Source of the DNA: an uncultured Clostridia bacterium | GTDB lineage: Bacteria; Bacillota; Clostridia; Christensenellales; UBA1242 | NCBI GenBank assembly: GCA_934754335.1 | Contig: CAKVHY010000003.1 | Span: forward strand, 419 to 64,418 | Direction: 5' to 3' | DNA length: 64,000 nucleotides | Shown: positions 50,244 through 56,369 of the stretch, piece after piece | How positions within the stretch are numbered: position 1 is the first letter of the stretch | Layout: the number at the start of each line of letters is the position of its first letter | The notes under the pieces: model-generated | What the model was told of the DNA's origin: nothing | Seen by the model: only the letters and a program-made list of their open reading frames with translations | The model's database searches: none | Position numbers and translations under genes: made by a program

Positions 50244-50331
50244 GACTGCCTCCACGAATCTATCATTCGTTGAATTTATTATAATGAATATAATTTTTTT
50301 TGTAAAGCAAATTTCATTAATTTTTAAAAAT

Positions 50332-50922
50332 TTATTTTGCAGATAAACTTAAATATGCATTAGGGTCGATTTTCTTACCATTTTCATCTAAAGTTACAAA
50401 ATGAAGATAAGAACCAATTCCACATTCTCTATATGCAGATTCTGATGCAACACCAATTATGTCACCCTTAGAAACAGCGTCACCAATTTTCACTTTAACA
50501 TCATCACCTAAAGAACCATAACTGGTTTTTAAACCATTAGCATGTTGAATCACAACAACATTACCTTCCAAATAATTGCTATAAACGTCAGCAACAACTC
50601 CATCTAAAACAGCATACACATTCATGTTTGAAGAAGCCAAGAAATCGATAGCCTTATGTGCTTCATATTGTTTCAAAGTTGAATTGTAAATAAGTTCGCT
50701 ACCATTATAGTCTTTATAGATTGATGCATCAAGCATAGGTAAGCAGAAAGTTATTTGAGAACTAACTTGTTCCTGTTTACCTCCACCCGATTTATTTGGT
50801 TTCATTACAGCACTCAAGATTATAACTAATGTTAAAAGCGCTAACCCCGATAATATTGCAATTAAGTAACCATACCTACTAAAAAAATCTTTAATCTTTT
50901 GTTTTGTTGAATAATTTTGCAT
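50332..50922 (-). CDS. Membrane-anchored M23/LytM-domain peptidase, SpoIIQ-like
   Basis: N-terminal TM YLIAILSGLALLTLVIILSAVM. LytM motifs HKAIDF (HxxxD) and GDIIG...SYLHF. Lies near spoIIID, as clostridial spoIIQ does. Confidence 0.7.
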   Translation of the reverse strand: MQNYSTKQKIKDFFSRYGYLIAILSGLALLTLVIILSAVMKPNKSGGGKQEQVSSQITFCLPMLDASIYKDYNGSELIYNSTLKQYEAHKAIDFLASSNMNVYAVLDGVVADVYSNYLEGNVVVIQHANGLKTSYGSLGDDVKVKIGDAVSKGDIIGVASESAYRECGIGSYLHFVTLDENGKKIDPNAYLSLSAK

Positions 50923-50992
50923 TTTAAACTCCTCCCTTTAAGTTTTCAAAATCATTTCCAATTAAAAACTTTTTAAACATAAATTTTTAAAA

Positions 50993-51451
50993 TTAATAAG
51001 ATGACATAATACAAGGATATCCTAAAACTATCTGACAATCAGAAACAGCCACTTGAATATTAAATCTCTCACCACCACTTTTTAGAATTTTCGTTAAACT
51101 ACTATCATATATATAATATAAAGTTAATCCTTCCACGTTTTCAGTCATCACAACTTTAGATCTCGTCAAAAATTCGTCTAAGTTAAAATCACTTTTACTA
51201 TAATAATAATTTTCACTAACTCTATCTTCTTTTTCAATTAAATTTAATTCATTAAAACTACTCATAGTTATCATGTTCAAATTTCCACACTTAACCATAT
51301 TTAAATCTTCGTAATTTTTATATGTAAAAACAATAAGTTTAAAGTCAGCACAATCATTAAACTTAAACAATCTATCGGCAAAAGAAACTCCCCCAACGCC
51401 AGCAAATATTATTAATAAAATTAAAAATAAAATTAAAAAATTCTTTTTCAT
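50993..51451 (-). CDS. Secreted or membrane-anchored protein, function unknown
   Basis: Start set to MKKNFLILFLILLIIFAGVGGVSFA (ATG 51449-51451). The longer track ORF adds an implausible N-terminal extension. Confidence 0.5.
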   Translation of the reverse strand: MKKNFLILFLILLIIFAGVGGVSFADRLFKFNDCADFKLIVFTYKNYEDLNMVKCGNLNMITMSSFNELNLIEKEDRVSENYYYSKSDFNLDEFLTRSKVVMTENVEGLTLYYIYDSSLTKILKSGGERFNIQVAVSDCQIVLGYPCIMSSY

Positions 51452-51598
51452 TTTTAATTTATTGCCATTTTTAATAAAAAAATACGTGTTATTATTTTTC
51501 CATATTTTTGTCATCATTTCACGCATTATTGTCATAATCTTAATAACTAATGTCATAAAAATATTATAAAATGTCAATTTATAGGAGTATAAACAATC

Positions 51599-51886
51599 AT
51601 GGAAAAAACTATTATTTTAAATAAAAACGAGCAAGTTAGTCATTCAAGTAATATAACTTTAAGCAATAGAAAAACATTAAACTTAAGCGGAGTCGATGAA
51701 GTAATTAGTAGTAATGAAAGCAGTATTTATTTAAAAGTTTCTGGTACTAAACTTCAAATTTTAGGCTCTAATATTACTATCACAAAATTAGATACAGACA
51801 ACCATATTTTAGAAGCCACAGGCTTATTTGACTCGTTTAAATTTATGCAACCAAATGAAAGATTTTTTAAAAGGATTTTTAAATGA
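51599..51886 (+). CDS. yabP: Sporulation protein YabP
   Basis: NRKTLNLSGVDEVISSNESSIYLKVSGTKLQILGSNITITKLDTDNHILEATG fits the YabP family pattern; followed by yabQ and divIC as in Bacillus. Confidence 0.75.
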   Translation: MEKTIILNKNEQVSHSSNITLSNRKTLNLSGVDEVISSNESSIYLKVSGTKLQILGSNITITKLDTDNHILEATGLFDSFKFMQPNERFFKRIFK

Positions 51887-52251
51887 CATTGATTGAATAT
51901 TCTCAATTTTCTCAATTCATATTTTTCTTTTTGGCAGGAATTATTGCAAGTTTAATTCTAATAACCTGTCATCAAATCATCTCAAATATTTTTAGGAATA
52001 GAATAGTTTATATCATTCTTGATATTGCCATAATTCTTCTATTCACCTGCTATTATATTTATCTGGTTAACGTTGTAACATTTGGGGAAATTAGATTTTA
52101 TACCATAATTGCTTTCCTTTTAGGAATAGCATTAGAACTTGTAAGTTTTAGAAAATTGTTTGGAGTTTTATTAAAAAAGGTTTATACTATATTTAGAAAT
52201 CTTGGAAACAAATTAAAAGATAAAAAATTTATAAAATTTATTTCTAAATAG
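51883..52251 (+). CDS. yabQ: Spore cortex biosynthesis protein YabQ-like membrane protein
   Basis: 122 aa, 3-4 TM helices, ATGA overlap with yabP, conserved position. Confidence 0.6.
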   Translation: MTLIEYSQFSQFIFFFLAGIIASLILITCHQIISNIFRNRIVYIILDIAIILLFTCYYIYLVNVVTFGEIRFYTIIAFLLGIALELVSFRKLFGVLLKKVYTIFRNLGNKLKDKKFIKFISK

Positions 52252-52261
52252 GAGTAAAACT

Positions 52262-52534
52262 TTGAGCAACAAAAAAACGACAAAAATTATTGTTATAATA
52301 TCAATTTGTTTGGCTGTTTTATTAACGGTTATTTTAACCTGTCAGTTTGTTAAAATAAACAATTTAAAAGCCACTCAAAATAAGTTGGAAACCACCTATT
52401 CAGAACTTCAAAATAAGATATCTGAAAAAGCAAATCAAAATGAATTACTTTCAAATGATTCTGCTCTTGATGATTATGCCCATGGTGCATTGAACTATGG
52501 CAAAGATAGTGAATTATGGTTCTCAGGAAAATAA
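52262..52534 (+). CDS. divIC: Septum formation initiator (FtsB/DivIC family)
   Basis: N-terminal TM, coiled coil (LKATQNKLETTYSELQNKISE), C-terminal DDYAHGALNYGKDSELWF; TTG start. Confidence 0.7.
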   Translation: MSNKKTTKIIVIISICLAVLLTVILTCQFVKINNLKATQNKLETTYSELQNKISEKANQNELLSNDSALDDYAHGALNYGKDSELWFSGK

Positions 52535-52610
52535 AAAATAGGCAAAGTTAAAGTTTGAACATTTAAGAAAAATTTTTTAAATTTCACTTTAAAACTCGCC
52601 TATTTTTTGT
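52535..52610 (+). terminator. Long imperfect hairpin plus T-run after divIC
   Basis: aaaaaataggc (52535-52545) pairs with gcctatttttt (52598-52608). An inner partial pairing agttaaagt with actttaaaact is present. The large loop makes this tentative. Confidence 0.3.
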
Positions 52611-52612
52611 TG

Positions 52613-52644
52613 ATAAAAAAAATTGATATAGATTAATCTATACC
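52613..52644 (-). terminator. Rho-independent terminator of the 79-aa gene
   Basis: Minus-strand GGUAUAGA-UUAA-UCUAUAUC hairpin followed by AAUUUUUUUU. Contains the 16-bp perfect palindrome tatagattaatctata (52627-52642). Confidence 0.55.
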
Positions 52645-52672
52645 AACTTCCCCCCCCCTTTTATATTGCCTT

Positions 52673-52912
52673 TTAAAATCTATTCATTCCGTATCTATCA
52701 TCATATTTTGAATAAGATGATTCGTATTCATCATAATCATTAACTCTTATTGATGTTTGAGATGTTTGAACTGTTTCAGGTTCTTCACCCCTGCTCAAAA
52801 GATCCATTTTTGCATTTGCTTTTTCTGCTTCTTCTGCTTCCTGAACATCATGTTTTGCACCAGACTTAATCCATTTTAAAAGACTTGAGAATGCTTTCTT
52901 ATCTTCTCCCAT
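52673..52912 (-). CDS. Small acidic hypothetical protein (79 aa)
   Basis: ORF with an AAAGGGGGA RBS and its own promoter; no recognisable motif. Confidence 0.5.
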   Translation of the reverse strand: MGEDKKAFSSLLKWIKSGAKHDVQEAEEAEKANAKMDLLSRGEEPETVQTSQTSIRVNDYDEYESSYSKYDDRYGMNRF

Positions 52913-52942
52913 TGCTATCTATCCCCCTTTTTAGATTATGGT

Positions 52943-52970
52943 AGTATATCAAAAAAAATTTATTTGTCAA
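52943..52970 (-). promoter_or_regulatory. Candidate promoter of the 79-aa gene
   Basis: Minus strand TTGACA (52965-52970), 16 nt, TATACT (52943-52948). Confidence 0.45.
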
Positions 52971-53260
52971 GAGTTTTTAAAAAACTTTTTCAAAAAATTT
53001 TTCCAACACTAAGAAATAGCAAAAATTAGCCTATCTTTTTTTTCAAATAACATCAAAAAACTTCAATTTTCCCCATCAAAATTGTGCACAATTTGTGCAA
53101 ATCTCAAAACCCACATTTATTTTAAATTTATAATGATATAAAATTGAACCTTCATTGTTAAGTCAGCAAATATCATTGCGATAGCAATTTCGTTGAACCA
53201 CAAGGTTCAATTTCATTGCAAAAAAAGAAAAGCCTTTTGAGCCTTTCTCTTTTATTTACT

Positions 53261-53337
<77 letters not shown>

Positions 53338-53355
53338 ATATCAATTAACATATCT

Positions 53356-53384
53356 ATGTTACACCTTTTATTTTAATTTGTCAA
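53356..53384 (-). promoter_or_regulatory. Candidate promoter of tRNA-fMet
   Basis: Minus strand TTGACA (53379-53384), 17 nt, TAACAT (53356-53361), about 18 nt before the mature 5' end. Confidence 0.45.
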
Positions 53385-53509
53385 TAGTTTTTAACAATTA
53401 TTCAAAACATTCAGCAAGATATGTTAATTTTTACTTAATTTTAGTTCCACCTAGAAAATTAAACAATAATATATTATATAGATTTCAATTCAAATTTATG
53501 ACCTTAAAA

Positions 53510-53683
53510 TTAATTCATTTTAAAATTTTCTTGATTTCTTTCTATATCAGTTTCAGTTTCGGCTGAAACACCTTCTTGTTTTAATCTCATTCTATAATCA
53601 TTAACTTGAACATTAATTGCATAGAACAAAACACCAAAAATTAACAAGCCGATTATAAAATATATAAATCTTTTCGCACTCAT
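53510..53683 (-). CDS. Small single-TM membrane protein, 57 aa (not in ORF track)
   Basis: Hand translation: MSAKRFIYFIIGLLIFGVLFYAINVQVNDYRMRLKQEGVSAETETDIERNQENFKMN. GGAGGA RBS 7 nt upstream and a perfect consensus promoter. Confidence 0.55.
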   Translation of the reverse strand: MSAKRFIYFIIGLLIFGVLFYAINVQVNDYRMRLKQEGVSAETETDIERNQENFKMN

Positions 53684-53710
53684 TTCCTTATCCTCCTATC
53701 AAGTTTTTTT

Positions 53711-53739
53711 ATTATATCAAATATATTTAATTTTGTCAA
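53711..53739 (-). promoter_or_regulatory. Perfect consensus sigma-A promoter of the 57-aa ORF
   Basis: Minus strand TTGACA (53734-53739), 17 nt, TATAAT (53711-53716). Confidence 0.6.
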
Positions 53740-53810
53740 TACCCCTGAAATCCACATTTTATAAACAAAATTAATTTTATTTTGTTTTTATTAAGTTTTC
53801 CACAAATAAT

Positions 53811-53839
53811 TTGACTTTGAATGCCAATAATCATACAAT
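53811..53839 (+). promoter_or_regulatory. Candidate promoter of pepF
   Basis: TTGACT (53811-53816), 17 nt, TACAAT (53834-53839); AAAGGAG RBS before the ATG at 53866. Confidence 0.5.
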
Positions 53840-53865
53840 AATAGTATATGAAAAAGGAGTGTTAA

Positions 53866-55641
53866 ATGGTTGCAAGAAACGAAATAGATAACAAGTATAA
53901 ATGGGATTTATCACCTATATTTCAAAACGATGATGAAGTATATAAGGCCCTTGATAATGTAAAACCCACACTAAATGTTTTAAAAACTTACAAAGGAAAA
54001 CTGGGAAATGCAAAAGACTTTTTGGAATTTTTAAAACTAGAAAACAAAATAGGATTAGAGTTTGAGAAAATTGGAGTTTACGCATTTCTAAAGCACTCCG
54101 AAAATTTGGAAGATACAAGATATGTTGAAATGAACAATGTTATTGAGGCAGTTGCTCACAAATTTGATGTTGAAACATCATTTGTTGAACCTGAACTTTC
54201 AAAACTGGACGAAAAGATACTAATTTCATACCTAAATAATCCCGATTTTAAAGATTATCACCTATCAATTAAAGAAATAATTAGAAATAAACCGCATATT
54301 TTAAGCGAACAAGAAGAAACTTTGGTTTCAAATGTTGGCAAGTTTGCAGGTGAATTTTCGGAAATCTTTGATATGTTTGATTGTGTTGATATAAAATTTA
54401 AAGACGCAGTAAATTCCAAAGGCGAAAATTTACCTTTAACCAGTGCTAATTTCTCATTACTCTTAGAAAATAAAGATAGAGATTTGAGAAAAAGCACATT
54501 TAAAAATTACTATCAATCTTTTATAAATATGAGCAATACTATCGCCACAAATTATATTGCCAATGTTAAAAAAGATGTAGTGTTTACAAAGATTTATAAG
54601 CATAATTCAACCCTAGAGCAAAGCCTATTTGGCGGAAATATTGATAAAGCCATCTACGAAAACCTAATAAAGAATGTTGAATTGAATACCAACCTTTTGC
54701 ATAGATATTACGAACTAAAGAAAAAGATTTTAAATCTAAAAGATTTTGAATATTATGACACCTACGTTTCAATTTCCGATTATGAAAAGTCCTATACCTT
54801 TGAAAAAAGTGTTGAAACTATTAAAAAGGCCTTGGCTCCTATGACTGAATCTTATGTTTCGTTGGTTGATAAAGCGTTAAAAGAGCATTGGATTGATGTT
54901 TTCCCTACCCTTGGAAAAGAAACAGGTGCATATTCAATCGGTTTATATGGCGTTCACCCTTACGTTTTATTAAACGATGTTGGCAATCTAAATAGTGTTT
55001 TCACACTTATTCACGAATTGGGTCATGCTTTCCATTCATACTATTCGGATTCCTCTCAACCTTACGAGTTATCTAACTACCCTATTTTCTTAGCAGAAAT
55101 TGCAAGCACAACAAATGAAGTATTTTTAATTAAATATTTATACAAAAATGCAACATCTAAAAATGAAAAAATTTACTATCTAGATAAATATTTATCTATG
55201 TTTAAAAGTACAATTTTTAGGCAAACAATGTTTAGCGAATTTGAAGACTATGCACATAACCTTGTTGAAAATGATGAAGCAATTTCAAAGGAAAAATTAA
55301 ATAAATTCTATGGTGAATTAAATAAAAGATATCACGGAAAGGCTATTAATCATTGTGGAGAAATTGAGTATGAATGGTTAAGAATTCCACATTTCTATAA
55401 CAGTTATTATGTATATAAATATGCCACTGGTTTGGTTTCTGCAATAAATATTGCAAATGGAATTTTAAATAACAAACCTAATGCATTAGAAAATTATTTA
55501 ACTTTCTTAAAATCTGGCGGTAGCGACTACCCTACAAACATTTTAAAAAATAGCGGAGTTGACTTAACTACCTCAACCCCATTTGACATCGCATTCAAAG
55601 AGATGGAATGGGCATTAAACGAATTAGAAAAATTAATATAA
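53866..55641 (+). CDS. pepF: Oligoendopeptidase F (M3B family)
   Basis: HELGHAFH zinc motif, N-terminal YKWDLSPIF, length 591 aa. Confidence 0.88.
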   Translation: MVARNEIDNKYKWDLSPIFQNDDEVYKALDNVKPTLNVLKTYKGKLGNAKDFLEFLKLENKIGLEFEKIGVYAFLKHSENLEDTRYVEMNNVIEAVAHKFDVETSFVEPELSKLDEKILISYLNNPDFKDYHLSIKEIIRNKPHILSEQEETLVSNVGKFAGEFSEIFDMFDCVDIKFKDAVNSKGENLPLTSANFSLLLENKDRDLRKSTFKNYYQSFINMSNTIATNYIANVKKDVVFTKIYKHNSTLEQSLFGGNIDKAIYENLIKNVELNTNLLHRYYELKKKILNLKDFEYYDTYVSISDYEKSYTFEKSVETIKKALAPMTESYVSLVDKALKEHWIDVFPTLGKETGAYSIGLYGVHPYVLLNDVGNLNSVFTLIHELGHAFHSYYSDSSQPYELSNYPIFLAEIASTTNEVFLIKYLYKNATSKNEKIYYLDKYLSMFKSTIFRQTMFSEFEDYAHNLVENDEAISKEKLNKFYGELNKRYHGKAINHCGEIEYEWLRIPHFYNSYYVYKYATGLVSAINIANGILNNKPNALENYLTFLKSGGSDYPTNILKNSGVDLTTSTPFDIAFKEMEWALNELEKLI

Positions 55642-55656
55642 TTGGAGATTCTAAAG

Positions 55657-56328
55657 ATGAATAAGATTATAACAATTGAAGGAACTGATTGTTCTGGCAA
55701 ACAAACTCAAAGTGATTTGCTTTTAAAAAGATTAACTGAAGATGGTTTCAAATTATATAAAACTTCCTTTCCCCAGTATGATACTCCAACAGGAAGAATT
55801 ATCGGAGAATGCGTGTTGGGAAAAGGCAGAGAACATTCCTACTTCCCTGAAGATGTAACCACAGTTAATCCAAAAGTTGTTGGTCTATATTTTGTTGCCG
55901 ATAGGCTTTACAATATTGATAAGATCAAGAATGCATTAGTAAACTCACATGTTATCTTAGATAGATATGTTGATAGCAATTTGGCACACCAAGGCGGAAA
56001 GTTTAAAGAAAAAGAAAAAAGAGAAGAAACTTACTCATTTTTTGAGACATTGGAATACAACCTTTTAAAACTTCCAAAGCCAGACATTAAAGTTCTATTG
56101 TACTTGCCACATGAATATAGTTATATTTTAAGAAAAAATAGAGCCGAAGCACTAGACGAAGCAGAAAGAAATGAAGAACATTTAAAATCTTCTGAAATGG
56201 CATACTTAGAAGTTGCTAAACGCCATGATTACAAAATTATTAACTGTGTTAAAGATGGCAAAATTCGAACCATTGAAGATATTAATGATGAACTTTACAA
56301 CTATGTTAAGTCTGAATTAGAAAACTAA
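55657..56328 (+). CDS. tmk: Thymidylate kinase
   Basis: P-loop ITIEGTDCSGKQTQ, DRY motif (ILDRYVDSNLAHQG). Start set to the ATG at 55657 (GGAG 9 nt upstream), not the track TTG at 55642. Confidence 0.8.
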   Translation: MNKIITIEGTDCSGKQTQSDLLLKRLTEDGFKLYKTSFPQYDTPTGRIIGECVLGKGREHSYFPEDVTTVNPKVVGLYFVADRLYNIDKIKNALVNSHVILDRYVDSNLAHQGGKFKEKEKREETYSFFETLEYNLLKLPKPDIKVLLYLPHEYSYILRKNRAEALDEAERNEEHLKSSEMAYLEVAKRHDYKIINCVKDGKIRTIEDINDELYNYVKSELEN

Positions 56329-56333
56329 ATAAC

Positions 56334-56368
56334 AAAAACACTACTTCATTTTAAAGTAGTGTTTTTTT
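56334..56368. terminator. Bidirectional terminator between tmk and the 817-aa gene
   Basis: aaaaacactactt (56334-56346) pairs with aagtagtgttttt (56354-56366), 7-nt loop. Confidence 0.6.
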
Positions 56369-56369
56369 C

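Noticed and set aside
49862-50346. ORFs 49862-50053 (minus) and 50026-50346 (plus) around acpP and spoIIID.
   Set aside because: They overlap the well-supported spoIIID and acpP frames or their signals, are AT-rich low-complexity translations, and lack an RBS.
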